The notes beneath the pieces were generated by a model. It saw only the letters and a list, made by a program, of their open reading frames with translations, ran no database searches and had not been told where the DNA came from. Source: Takakia lepidozioides (Eukaryota; Plantae; Bryophyta). From it: DNA of 64,000 nt. Positions 1-12,991 of this stretch are shown one piece after another; within the stretch, counting starts at the first letter, position 1; the number at the start of each line of letters is the position of its first letter. Location of the stretch: positions 3,720,001 through 3,784,000 of the forward strand of contig CM060734.1 of the NCBI GenBank assembly GCA_030704615.1. The letters run 5' to 3'. The position numbers and the translations under genes were made by a program.

Positions 1-961
1 CGTCGAATTTCCATCCGCCAGGTAAGTCGGAGCGCGGGCGGATGGAAATCCGGCGCCGAATTTCCATCCTGCAGGTAATTCGGTCCACCTCATTGATGGA
101 TAGTAGCACGGGAGTGTTTTAGGATAAATTGACATGGAGTTAATAGTCAGTTACAGTTACCAGTGGCTGTAGTGAGTTGGGTGAGATTAGTGATGTGGCG
201 ATCTTTGAGGAGAGGATGGGTGTTTTTTGACGGGGGTGTGAAATCTCAAATTGGGAGAGAAAATGGCTGTTAAGCCAAACGAATTTGTCTTTAGCAGACC
301 AGAATGGTGGGAATAACGTGCGAAATGTGGCATGTAGGCAAAAAACTCCAAGTTTAGTGTGTAGCCATACAAAAATGAAAAATCGATAGACAATTTCATC
401 CAACACGAATGAAATCACGATAGATTTCATCCTGCGCGGTAGAGTTCACTTTTCCAGTGGGCCAACACAATTTGAGGCGGACCTGTCATGAATATGTACA
501 CCTGGCCTTGGCGCAGTCAAAATGACACCCAAAAAACCGAAATATAGGATCAGGGCAGCAAATTGAAGGCACAAATGCTCTTCATTGAACATTTTTCCCA
601 TAAAAGGGCTATCCCCAAAATGGTCTATCACAATTAAGGGCTCCTAGTTGAGCAAAACCGTCAGGTGAAGGGCATTGCAAATCAGAGCATGGCTCGGAAG
701 ACAGTTCCATATTTGGCCTTTCATGAAGCTAGTGCCAGTGTTGTGGAAGAACTTGGAAGGATGCTTACAGCATGCATGTTTATCACCCTACTTGTTATCC
801 ACATTCCGCAGAGCAGTGACAAGGCCACTACAAGCAAAGGGTGCCAAGAAAATCTTTCAGAGATGTCTAAAAATTCTTTCTAGGAAAATTCTACACAATC
901 ATAGGAAGCTCACATTTTGCCCCCCAGGAAAAGAACTTAAAATGTTGGTTTTTCAAATATT

Positions 962-3900
962 CTACACGTTGTACTTCGGCATTCCCTGATTCAATGCCAG
1001 TCCTTGGAGCACAATTACTTTGTCCACGCTCAACTCAGTTGTAGTTTCTTTCCCAAAGACAGTCAATGTTGTCTTCAACTGCACAAGCCCCATGGAACCC
1101 ACAGAAAATCAAATCTTTAAACTTCCACACAAAAAAGAAGGAAAACATCAATGATGGCCATAAGGGTGGTGAGATTCAACCGTAAAGCATATAACCTCAC
1201 CCAAGTTTATCTAGTTTCGCAGTGTTGGTGTAATCCGACAAAACCAGGTTAATACCAGATCATGGCTTGCACTTCATGGTAAAGTATATGCAGCACCTAC
1301 CATATTCGAGACCAGAACTGTCATTGCTCAGCATAAGCTTTACAACAAAATCGTGCAGGCACCAAAGCTGACCTTGGCTAAGAGCAGTCGAGCTAATAAC
1401 TATTGGCTCACAAAATTTACTTACCAGCCCTTCTTCAGGGTACATTTCAGTGACGATGCCAGTATGATTGATGAAGGGACCTGACATGACACGAACCATG
1501 GCCCCCTCTTCCAGTCGTGGCGGGGTTGGGAGCTCTGCATTTGCCTCAGCCTCTCCAGTCTGCCTCTCTCTCTCCTCTGCTTCAATATTGGCTGCCTTTT
1601 TAAGTTCCTCAAACAAAGCATCCTCTTGTTCTATCCTTCTGAACATCTCGTCCATCTCAACGGATGAGACTGCAGATGGCATTATCATGTCACTGACACT
1701 GCAACAGGAAGTACCTCTCAAGTGGTTAGATCAGCCATGAGCGTTGTACAGTCAAGCATGGATTTTAGTTAGCCCTTGGTAGTGAAAAGGAAATACCTCC
1801 AAAGTGGTTTAAAAAAAAAACTACTAGAAAGGGTCACCACAGAAGACATTAACATACAGGCAACATCTAGAGAAGGAATTACATTTAACTTGACACTGGT
1901 TGACAAGGAAAAAATCATTCATTCATGCATTCATTCATGCATTCGGTTGACAAAAGTTGAAATAGAGGTCTGCCAACTACCCTGGATTTACATACCCACT
2001 GTCTTATTCTCAACAGAAGCTACTTTGCTCACAAATGCGTCACCCTGCCTGTGCAATCTAACAAAGCCAAGAGATTAGAAGTTCGTTAAAACAAAGGCTT
2101 TAGATGGCCACCCACTTGTTAGGTGAAACCATTAGTGGACGGCTTGTTTAGGATGAGAGTTGACTCTAGCTAGACTTGGGAGGTGTGCTTTTTTTATATT
2201 AAGAAGAGATCACGGGATCGACCACAGAGAATGCTTTGAGCACAGGAACGCAGTAGACTTTTCTACTGTCATAAAGTGCCTGTATGCCTTGCCCAGGCAG
2301 ACGACCTGACGAACAATGTTTGGAAAGATGGAATATGTTGTGGGCTGCACTGCTGTGCAGAGCTCTTCTCAGACATAGGTCACAGAAATTGCAATCAGGG
2401 TGGAGCATACAAACAGAATCTCACCTGGTAAGAGCTTTTGTGCCATAGAAATCCCGTACTCGAGGAACTCCTCTGATGAAGTCATAAACCTCCCTGTTGA
2501 GCACCAAGCGCACTAGCAAACAGCCAGGATAGAGTCGTTGCCGGGCATCTGACAACCGCCGATCCTTCAATTTCTTTTGTGCTGGTACTGTTGGTAAAAA
2601 AACCTGCAACAAAGGTGGACTCTAGTGAAGTAGGTTCTTTTCTCTCTCGAGAATCAAAATCTCCATCCTCATATTTGGACATGCCTGGCATGAAGCATGA
2701 TTGAACAAGTGCACTATGTTGCTCATCAACACAAGGGTTAAATTAAAACTAAATGTGCAGCAACTGCAACAGAAAATTTATCTATGGTTAATAGAGTCGC
2801 CCAAAGGCTGCTAACACAGCCTTGTCAAAAGTAGCATGGCCAATGGTTGAGCCAAAATAGTGGCCTGATTACACTTTCTCATGTAACCCTAAAGCATTGG
2901 CCTTGCAGGTCTACCTCAAAGGGCTTGACAGAATTTGAGTTTCTAGCTTTATACTGCATGGTTGCCCTTATGAAGGGCAGCTCATATATTAACATCTTGT
3001 AAGAGAAAAATAAATAGAAGCACAGTCCTCCCTGAAGGAAAAAGGAACGACGCATAAAAAAGCGTTTTCCTGACTCCACACTTGACAGCAAAGTAGAGAC
3101 TTTAAGATGACATTCAGTTTTCATTAGATGAGGTGGTGTACTGACAATATATGTATGCACTTGTTAGGTGAACATTCTACCCAACTTCGCCATGCAGCTG
3201 AGTGCATAGATAGCCCTCCACATAAGCCAATAAAGATTTGAAAGAAGACACACCTAAGTGTGCCCAAAGTGCTCTGATACCAGGGTCATCTGATGGAAAC
3301 GAAACTTACCTCAAATTTAGCTCCAGGAAACCGTGCAGGAAAGTGGGTGGTGATGTACTCTCCTGCAATCTTCTCAGCATTTCGGGGTACAACAAGCATC
3401 CACCACTGGTACCCTTTGGTGGCTAGTCGATTCACGTCCAGCACCTCCTGCCAACCCTTGGGTTTTTTCTGTTTAACCAGCAGCTTTTCCTCAACCTCTT
3501 CTCGCCATGGCTCTTTTGACTCTTTCAACACTTCCCGCCGTTGATTTCGCAGCTTTCGTCTGTCTTTAGGGCTCAGTTGCTCAGTGCCTGAGGCCATCTC
3601 TGCCAAAGGTTTGCACAGTATGACAAAACGGAAGTTGCCAACTGCTGCAGGGCTTTGTGGGTGGGTACAGCTGGACCAAAAAGATGTTGACATTACTGGA
3701 CAAAGGTGATCTCTTATATCTCTCTCTTGCGGGCACACTAGTAAAGGAAATGCATGTAAGTATTACACCATATTGATTGAAGTTCAGAACTATGGTACAG
3801 ACCCAAGTTTTCCCAACCACTACTGTCAGCCAGAGATAGTAATTCAGTTTCTTGAGGGCACTACAAAGCACTTCGCAACAGACTTTTGCCAACCTTCCCA

Positions 3901-5408
3901 ACATGTTTCATGGCTCCTGCCTAAATGACTTATCCCGGGAAAGATGGCTCCGGCTTACTCGTGAGGGCACAGTCCAAGCCCAATCCTTATCACTGACCAT
4001 GTTCTCATTGATTCATGTGGTTGAAATGAGAGAGAGAGTGTATGTGTGTGTGTCACATAGCATGTCAAAGCTAGACAAGGAAGCACTAAACACAATGTGT
4101 TGTGTTTACCTCTTTTTAACAGCATCAGACAGCCTAATTTTAGGCATCATCAAACTGCCTCTATCCATCTGCCTCCCTACCTACCTTTACGTATCCTAAC
4201 TCGAAAACTCGGTGTTCTTAGTGGCAATCGGATACACACCAGGTAGGCCCTTCTCACAAACAGATTTGTTTCCCCCTCACTTTCACATCCTAGGAGCAAC
4301 AATAGAAAAGAGCACCAGTGTCTCTTTAAAGGCAACTCCTTTCCATGTAGGTACCAGCTCATAGATCCTTCAAACCCATTCAGAACAAAACAGCATGAGA
4401 ATGTGTGCAAAACCAACACAAACAAACATATTTGAGGTTTGAGAGAGCTCAAAGCCTCAGTCCCTTAGTCTCTTGCCCTTAGTAGCATTGCCTGCAACAA
4501 AAGAAGGTGAAGTGGCCTCACCTGGGTCCATCACAGCCAACCAACAAACCAACAGGTTAGTGATCTCTGTGGAGCCCCAGACTTAAACCACTTCACACTT
4601 GATGTCGATGTCATCCGCAGCAGGTCATACTAACGGAGAGGTTAGGAAGGTCCTTTCCGCCAGCAGTAGGTATACAACTCAGCTAGCAACAAGCACCAAT
4701 TTCTGCCCATGCTCCAGAGGGAGGGGGTGGTGGTGAGGGGCTCACTCCAGTAGTAGTTCTTAAATTGGTATTAACAATTGGTTTGGGCTTTCGAGATTTT
4801 CTCTAGAAAGCCCTTCACACAAGCATCAATCTGCTGTATGTGAGCAATTAGATTCCAACAGGGCCAGGGCTTTAGGCTCATGAGAGAGAGAGAGAGAACG
4901 AGCCTTCGTGGCTTTCCAATTTTGAAGTGTTCCTACAAACTGTTAACCCTGAAATTTCGTCGTTTGTTATCTTGTGCCCGTCACTGTTTACTCCCCAATG
5001 TGTTACAGAACCCATAATTCTTTATTGGGCTTCAAAGGTCCGCTATCATAAGGCCAAAATGGTGCCACGAGACCCTGATTTACTAGCCAGAGTTGAAGGG
5101 TTGATAAGGCCTTGTGACAATTTACAAGACAAACAATCTTTGAGCAGTAAGTAAGAAATATAGGGAAGAGAAAAGCATAACTGACCTGTGGCATTCCCTT
5201 GAAACTCACATACGAATGTGGTCAAGCAAAGAGGGATACATCGCGTCTGTCGGAATATCCCGTTGTGAAATCTCTGGAGAGAGAGACCATGGAAATATGA
5301 GAGAGGGAGGGGGAGGCTTGAGATCTTAGAAGGGGAGTAGTGCGGAGATCTGGCCAGGAGAGAGGGGCCCCTGACAGGCTTTGAAGACAACGACAGCATA
5401 GTTTCCAT
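962..5408 (-). CDS. PTAC13: Plastid NusG-like transcription factor (pTAC13 family); 5 coding exons: 5408-5186, 3599-3310, 2603-2425, 1698-1425, 1078-962; ~360 aa
   Basis: Ser/Leu/Arg-rich transit-peptide-like N-terminus. NGN-domain sequence (QWWMLVVPR...VFLPTVP...LYPGCLLVRLVL...FIRGVPRVRDF) and KOW motif (EGAMVRVMSGPFINHTGIV...TVFGKETTTEL). All four introns are GT-AG with compatible phases; the frame ends at TAG 964-962. Confidence 0.88.
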
Positions 5409-6114
5409 TGGACCCTATCACAAACAAACCCAACTCCAACACCTCCCTCTCTCTGACTGCTTCTTACTTGCAAGGTGCAGTGCCATGGCTTACGAGCAAT
5501 CTCACTACCAGAGATTACCCGGTGTATCACCCTCGCTGGTCTGCAAGAAGAAAGAACTGAACTACAAAAGATGTGATTTCCTCCTAACTTCGAATTTTAT
5601 GTTCTCCATAGACAGACGAAAATGCGCTGGACGGATTGGGACGTCTCTTCCACAACAAGCAGCAAGGTGCCAACTTTATGCTTCTACACTTTACATAATA
5701 CAAAACGGGATGCTCAAAAAGTTTAGCCACGCATTAAGAAATAAATTATTCTAATAATTCCAAATAAAATTCCATCAGGGCATCTGTCCCCTTCAAAAGA
5801 TTAAAAAAATAAAAAAATAAAACCTGAACCATCCCCTATTTAATAGGTATCACCTTCTTGCCTTCTTTTTTTGGACCCCTTCATTTCTTGACATCCCTCT
5901 ACATATGCCTTATTATCTAAGCCCCCCACTCTAATTCCTGGACCACTCTAGAACGAACAGGGCCCACTCAAACTTGGGGGGCTTATTCAGGGGCCACTCT
6001 CAGATTTGCTTAACCCTTAAAGCGCCCAAACACAATTAGCCAAATTTAGGCCTGAGACCTACCCTGCCCATCCAGAAAAACTGACCGTATAAACGGGAGC
6101 CCACTTACACATTC

Positions 6115-6868
6115 TGTTAGTGGTAAAAATATTGGAAATTTTGACCGTACAACTAAAAATATTATAATGTTCTAATTGGGTTATAATTATTTGGGTAGTT
6201 AGGGTACAGGTGTCAAGTGGTGGGAGTAGGCCTGATTAGGGTCGGACATGTGTCACACCCTTCTAGAATGGTCCCACCACTTGAGGGGTGGGTTCTAGAA
6301 GGGTCCCGCCGCCCCGGGAGGGTATATAAAGGAGAGCAGGGCTCTCTTCCTACTTACTAACTAATTACTTATTACATTAGTACCTAGGGGGGTGTCCACA
6401 CACAAGCCCCAAAAGAGAACCAAACAAGAACCATAGATCTATTAATTAATAGAAACAGTAAGCTCAATAACGGTCACTAGGGCCGCTTTGCACTAGGGCC
6501 CAAGCCCAAGAAATCTTTTTCTACCACTCTTGGGCTGGTCTTGGGCCAACTTCAACGGTCATGATCAAACAGTCATGATCGCACAAAAATAGTCTATTTT
6601 AATACCAAACTTCTTGGGCCCGAGAGTTGGAGACCATTCTAGGAGGGTTCCTTTTTCTTGGTCCGGCCCAAGAAGTTGACGCCAAAACTTGTGCCATGTA
6701 GGTGCCATGTAGGCAAATGACCCTTGGGTCCGGGCCGTAGTGTAAAGCCGTTGGGCCCAATTTTCAGGCCTCCGCCAATGGGAGTGCTCCATTCTCACTT
6801 GGTCTTGGGCTTAGGCCCTAGTGTAAAGCGGCCCAAAGTTTAGTCTCTAGTCTCTACCAGCAAATCAT
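6115..6868 (+). mobile_element. LTR-like sequence interrupted by a MITE
   Basis: Starts TGTTAG and has a TATA-like GTATATAAAGG near 6322. No TSD or partner LTR found; right boundary uncertain. Confidence 0.3.
6480..6834. mobile_element. MITE with ~31-bp TIRs, PIF/Harbinger-like termini
   Basis: Left end GGGCCGCTTTGCACTAGGGCCCAAGCCCAAG; reverse complement of right end GGGCCGCTTTACACTAGGGCCTAAGCCCAAG. No coding capacity; TSD not clean. Confidence 0.7.
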
Positions 6869-6869
6869 T

Positions 6870-8530
6870 GTACTACTTCCATTTTTCCAACGTTTTTCAC
6901 AAGAACAGCAAATATGCATGGCTACGTTGCACAATTTCAGTACTGTAATGCATTTTTTGTGTTGTGTAGCTTCTGGCCTCACCAAATTTGCTGCGGACCA
7001 ACCTAGCCCTCAAAGTACTAGAGAACGCCCCCTAGGACGCATTATGGCTCCTAGTGAGTCGCTAGGGCAAGGCCGGTAGGCCGAGACATAGGGTCGAACT
7101 AGGTGCCATAATGAGCCCTAGGGGGCGCGTTCCGTGGCGTAAAGGAATTTTGGGGGCAGATTAGGCCGTGATTGGCTGTAGGCCATAATGAGCCAATAAA
7201 AGACCACAAAGCTGTTAACAGCTTTGTATCCCAATTTGTTCTGTTAGCATTGACTATCTTAGCAAGGATAGTGCATAGTATCTTGTTGGTGGCCTCTGCC
7301 TGCCCATTGCCCTGTGGGTAGTAGGTTGTGCTCTTCTTGTGCACAATCATAAATTCCTTGGTCAGTAATTCAATAGTCTCATTAATGAAATGACTCCTTT
7401 GATCACTGATAAATTCTAATGGACAGCCAAATCTCGTGAGTATGTTCTGTAGATTTCGCTGTTTTATCTCGCAGTGCCTTGCCTTCTACCCATTTAGTAG
7501 TATAATCTGTGGCTGTGATTATATACTTGTTATGGGTGTTCCTGGCTGGTGGATTGATTGGCCCAACAAAGTCTAATCCCCATTTCTGGAATGGTTCAGT
7601 AGGCATTGTAGGATGCAGTGCCACCTTTCCAGATCTCTGCAAAGGTCCTAGCCTTTGATATTCATCACAGTTCTTGCAATAATTATGTACATCTTTGAAT
7701 AAGGTAGGCCACCAGTATCCTACAAGTAATATTTTCCTACTGGTAGTCTCTTCTCCAAAATGTCCTCCAGCTATCCTCTTATGAATTTCTTCCAAGACTT
7801 TATTAATTTCATGATGATATAAGTATCTTTTCAGGACTCCATCTGGTCCCAGCTTGTACAATTTTTCTCCTATCATAGTATATGGTAGGGCTTTAATGGC
7901 TATTCTCGTCCTTTGTTCCTTCCCATAACTAGATGGGCACTGTCCATGAGTTAGGTAATATTTGATTGGCCACTGCCAATCTAAACAGTCATCTGCTCCA
8001 ACCTCAACTGCAAAAAAACTTGCATCAGGCAGTTGATCGTCTATCCCTAGACGATCAACGTGCTGACAAGTGATCTGCCACAAGATGCAAACGTCCAGGT
8101 TTGTAAACAACTTCGAATTCAAACTCATGTAGTATAATCAGCCATCTTGATATCCTTCCACTTATCAAAGGCTTGTTCACCAAATAAATCAAAGCCTGAT
8201 GATCCACATAGAACATAAATGTCCTTCCCAGCAAATAATATCTGAACTTCTTGACTGAATAAATCATTGCCAAAGCTTATCTTTCGGTGGTGCTATAGTT
8301 CATTTTAGCACCGTTCAATAGTCTGCTAGCATAGTACACTGGTGAATCTATGTTTCCTGTGACATTTTGAGCTAACACAGCTCCCAATGCTTCTGCCAAT
8401 GTGGGTTAATCAGCACAGGTGTAGTTATTACTGACAATGTAAGTTCCTCGAAGGCGTGTTGGCACTCAGCTGTCCATGCAAACCCTGCATCCTTCTTCAA
8501 GAGTTTACTCATTGGTGCAGCGAGTGCAGC
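6870..8530 (-). pseudogene. Ty3/gypsy pol remnant: RNase H and integrase
   Basis: RNase H (YYLLGRTFMFYVDHQAL), integrase zinc finger (H...GGHFG...C..C), core ([22 protein letters not shown]). Multiple stops and frameshifts. Confidence 0.92.
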
Positions 8531-8739
8531 TACGGCGTGAGCCTAGCCACGTGAGCCCAAGAGCTCGGCTCACGCTTTGTCCTCTAAGCGTGAGCTTAGG
8601 CTCACGCTTGCTAAGCGTGAGCACAGGGGTTTAGTGGAGGAAGAAGCAGGCCCCATACCCGAGTCCTCTGTTTAGAGAGGGTCCTATTGTCGTGGAAGCA
8701 GTTATAGCGCTTAAAAAAAGAGGTATAGAAAGAATGGAA

Positions 8740-10030
8740 TGGTCATTGTGAAACTTACTGAGGTTTTCTTATTGAAGAAGAGGTGAAAAAAAAGGGCTGG
8801 GTGAGTCATCATGAATCTTATTTAGGAATTCTTGCATGAACAAGAGGCAAGAGAAGTTTGGATGCTCATTGTCAAGCTATATGACGTTTCCAGTATTTCA
8901 TCCATGGTGGATGGATGATGGATGGATGAAATATTGAAGGAGAGGTTAAAAATAATGAGGATGGGCAAGAACAAGCCCCAAAATATGACCCCTCATTGTG
9001 AAACAGGCAATGGTTTTTGTTAATGTAGATGAGGTGAAAATTAAACAGATGGTCATCTTCAAGCTTATTTAGGCTTTGTTTGTGAAGAACATGTGTAACA
9101 AAATGAGCGGTTTATTGTGGAACTTGTTCAGGTTTGTGTTATTGAAGATGAGGTGAAAAAAAAACACGTGGTCATTGTGATTGCTTATTTAGGGTGTGTT
9201 TGTGAAGAAGAGGTAAGAAAAAACATTGAGCTATCCTTGTGAAACTTGTTTAGGATTATGTTATTGAAGAAGAGGTGAAAAAAAAATCAGATGGTCATCA
9301 TGAATGCTTATATAGGGTTTGTTTGTGAAGAAGAGGTGAAAAAAAAAGTTAAGCTCTATCATTGTCAAACTTGTTCAGGTTTCTGTTATTGAAGAAGAGG
9401 TGAAAAAAGAAATCAGATGGTCATTATGAATGTTTATTTAGGGTTTGTTTGTGAAGAATAAATTGAGCTCTCATTCTCAAACTTGTTAAGGTTTCTGTTA
9501 TTGAAGAAGAGGTGAAAAAAATATTAGATGGTCATCATGAATGCTTATTTAGGGTTTGTTTGTGAAGAAGAGGTGAAAAAAAAACCAGATGGTCATCATG
9601 AATGCTTATTTAGGGAATAAATTAGGGATTGTTTGTGAAGAAGAGATGAAAAAAAAACTTGAGCTCTACCATTGTCAATTTTCTTCAGGTTTCTGTTATT
9701 GAAGAAGAGGTGAAAAAAAACCAGATGGTCATCATGAATGCTTATTTAGGGTTTGTTTGTGAAGAAGAGGTGAAAAAAATTGAGCTCTATCATTGTCAAT
9801 CTTGTTCAGGTTTTTGTTATTGAAGAAGAGGTGAAAAAAAAAACATATGGTCATCATGAATGCTTATTTAGGGTTTGTTTGTATAGAGGACGTGGAAAAC
9901 AAATGAGCTGTCATTGTGAAACTTGTTCGAGTGCCTGTTATTCAAGAAGAAGTGGAAAAAAAACAAGATGGTCATCATGAAGCTCATTTACGCAATGTTT
10001 CTGTAGAGGCCGTGAAAAAATAAAATGAGC
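8740..10030 (+). repeat. Degenerate tandem repeat, ~60/120-bp period
   Basis: Recurring GTTATTGAAGAAGAGGTGAAAAAAA...ATGGTCATCATGAATGCTTATTTAGGGTTTGTTTGTGAAGAAG units. Confidence 0.85.
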
Positions 10031-10332
10031 TTTCATACTGACACTTGTCTATGTTTGGCAGGCCCTCAAACAATTTTTTTTTTATTTTTTTATTTTTCTC
10101 TTTGGCCCGGGGCAATATTGGGGGTGGGGGCAGAAGTGGTGTGCGTTGACGCACTCAATTTTAGAGGCTCATTAACCAAACCCGATGAAAAAATAAACTA
10201 CATTTCATAACGAGACATCGTCTGCTTGTCCAGATTTAAGAACTGTGTATACATGTTCTACAAACAAGGCAGCCCTTTCCGACATTGCGAAAAATCGCAA
10301 CATATGCAACACTACTCGATATTGCCAATGTC

Positions 10333-10830
10333 TCACTGCAAAAGTGTTCGTACCTCACCAGGACCTAGTGTCGCCTGGTGAATGATTTGGTCTCTTTTGG
10401 GATCACAATACATCCTCCGCAAAAAGATGTAGTAAAGATGCTTGCAGGGAACCCATTTCCCTCTCTTTCCTAGAGCTTCCTCACGCATGCACACGAAGTC
10501 GGGACAGGTACACCCCGGAAAATTTCCCACCGTCACCTGATAGGCCCTGTCGTGCAAAACAAACCCAGATGTGAAGTATAAACCTGTCCATACCCAGGTG
10601 AAGGTACTTCCATAGTTCCTGTTACCCGAGCCTGAAGTAGTCTGGCCGATTCCACCTTCGCATCGTGATCAGGCCCCGAAGCCACCTGATGCACTGTTTT
10701 GCCATTCCTTCTTGTGGGGTGCGAAATATCGTCTAGAGGAGGCACCATAGCAGCAAGGCCACCAAGAGTCGACGCCACAGATTGGTGCAGACGAAAGCCG
10801 GCGTCCTCCAACTTGCCCATCTCCAGTTCG
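10333..10830 (-). pseudogene. SWIM zinc-finger protein fragment, frameshifted
   Basis: YQVTVGNFPGCTCPDF...WVPCKHLYYIF matches the SWIM pattern CxCx(n)CxH. Confidence 0.8.
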
Positions 10831-11084
10831 TCAATGATCATCTTGAAATCATGATCATGAAAAAATTGAGTGTGTTGACGCACTCAGTTCTCAAGGGGGG
10901 GGGGAGGTGGGGGGGGTTTTTGGGTTTCCCCCAAAACCCGCCGGGTACCCGCGGTGAGAATCCGGACCCGCCTGTCGTCGATGATCATCCTGAAATCATG
11001 ATCATGAAGAAATTGAGTGCGTTGACGCACTCAGTTCAATTTTTTTTTTTATTTTTATTTTTTTATTTTTTTGTTATCATACAA

Positions 11085-12001
11085 TCTGTCACGATGAGAT
11101 GTTGTCGGGAGCTGGCAAACTACTTGAAAGCCTTGGGGATGCGGATTATCAAGACCTGGAACTGTGTCAACAGTATATATCTGACGAAGGGGGATTGCCC
11201 AGGGCAGAAGGTGGGTTTCAAATACTTCGTTTTTATGCCTTCTCTGTTGAAGTTCCACTGTACTGACTGTTATGAAGTCATGCTGTTAGCACTGCCTGAA
11301 TTGAGTGCTTCAGCGCACTCAGTTATGGCGGTGCATGAGCAATGACTGTGAACCAGTTCCATCCAGAATGGGTCTGCACTCCCACCCAGATGTGCTATGA
11401 AACATTCCTCACTTATTATTGTCCTCTTCATCGCAGACCCGTCTATTTGAGGCCGTCTGTCTCTGAGGGTACATCCATTGTCAACTCCCACCACAGTGGT
11501 GGAGTTCGAGCTTCATGGGGGATGATGTTTCATAAACGAGAGGTTCGATCCTGTCGTCGACGACATGCACTACAACTATGTCGACTCCAACGTATGTTTG
11601 CGAAAGCCAAATGGAACGCCTTGGAGAGGGGCCCGTGAAAAAAGCCCGGCTTTTATCCAAACGATCATTGAGAGTTGTTCTCGGCCAGGGGCCCGCATCA
11701 TAGATCTCACTCTTGGCACATGTTTCTCTTCTTGCCTTTGTCATCGATTTCTTTTCTTCTGCACCTTCTTTACTCAATATTCTAAAACTCTAATTCCTTC
11801 AATTTGTCTCTTGCAGGCGCTTCTTACCATGCTTGCAAGGCAGATGGCAGGCACTTGTTTGGTATGGAAGGAGATGCAGATATTTTCACTGGCCTCCTCG
11901 CCGAGTTGCAAGGGGGCGCGTCTACCTCCAATGTCAAGGATGTCACTGCGCAAATTGATATCCTCGACGGTGACGACAAAGACCTGGACAATGACTTTCA
12001 T
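11085..12001 (+). pseudogene. Spliced beta-class amino (N4-C/N6-A) DNA methyltransferase, C-terminal half
   Basis: EKSPAFIQTIIESCSRPGARIIDLTLGT[intron 11722-11816]xASYHACKADGRHLFGMEGD resembles the N6_N4_Mtase C-terminus (KP..L...I...S.PGD.VLDPF.GSG.T..A....GR..IG.E). Catalytic DPPY/SPPY motif not seen; upstream stop present. Confidence 0.7.
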
Positions 12002-12991
12002 GTGAGTAAGTTCATTTTCTGTCTATTTGATCCCTGTGTATATGCTCTGTCGCGTCCCCTTCTGTTGTCTGATTGTTACCCAAATGGTGCATTTCTGATT
12101 GCAGGAATGTGAACGCACTCCCGTGGCCCCTATCTTCCATATACTCGAGGGACTTGTGCTGGAGCCCACCTCCTAATTATGTCCTTCCCGATTACACGGA
12201 AGACATTGCTCGTGTGCAAGCAACTGTGCTTTCTCCCCTACCTTTGCGTTGGAGTTCCAGAAAGACGCTCAGGCACCTCTTCATAGATGATAGTGCAGCA
12301 GTTTCAGGTGGTAGCAGTAGCAGTGTTGATACCACCTACGGATGTACTTGAGGGCATTCATTTATGGAACATGAGGGGACACACTCTCCGTTTTCCGTTG
12401 CACCACCATTTCTCTTCCCACCATCCGTTGTAATGAGCACGGACTACAATGAAATTCACATCCCTGAATTGAAACATTCTCTCCTCCGCGTCCTGCGAAT
12501 TAAAGTGTTTTCATTCTAATCATTGCTCTCAAATTCAACCGTGTGCATTCAATAAAAGTTTTCAACAGAGATGAATATGTGCATAGTCCAATAGACAGTC
12601 ATTCGACATATGCCATCACACCAATATTTGGTTGGATGGATGGAGGATGAATGTTTTTGGATGGATGAACCCCGATTGGATGTACACTGTGGATGAATGT
12701 TGCATGCATGGATGGCCCCATGGATGATGTCAGTGCGCAGTATCATGCACAGGGGCGGGATGGCGAGGTTCACTGTCGGGGTTGAGGTGGGTCCCTAAGG
12801 CTAACAAGGGTTAGGGTTTCTGTTTGGGGTTGCAGGGTTAATATGGATGAAGCCGTGTTTCTGCGGTAATGGATCCTCTTCCACGGAAATAGACGCCGCA
12901 TCTTTCCCAAAATCATGTCACGTGTCCTGGGCTCACGCCAGGCTCCTGGGCTCACAGGCTCCTGGGCTCACGTGGCTAGGCTCACACTCTA

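Larger units (their letters stand above)
8533..12989. mobile_element. Non-autonomous TIR DNA element, TA-flanked, carrying SWIM and DNA methyltransferase gene fragments
   Basis: Perfect 23-bp inverted repeat GTGAGCCTAGCCACGTGAGCCCA at 8537-8559 and 12963-12985. TA lies 4 bp outside each copy (8531-8532, 12990-12991). GTGAGC/GCTCAC subterminal motifs. Separates gypsy RT from RNase H. Confidence 0.75.
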
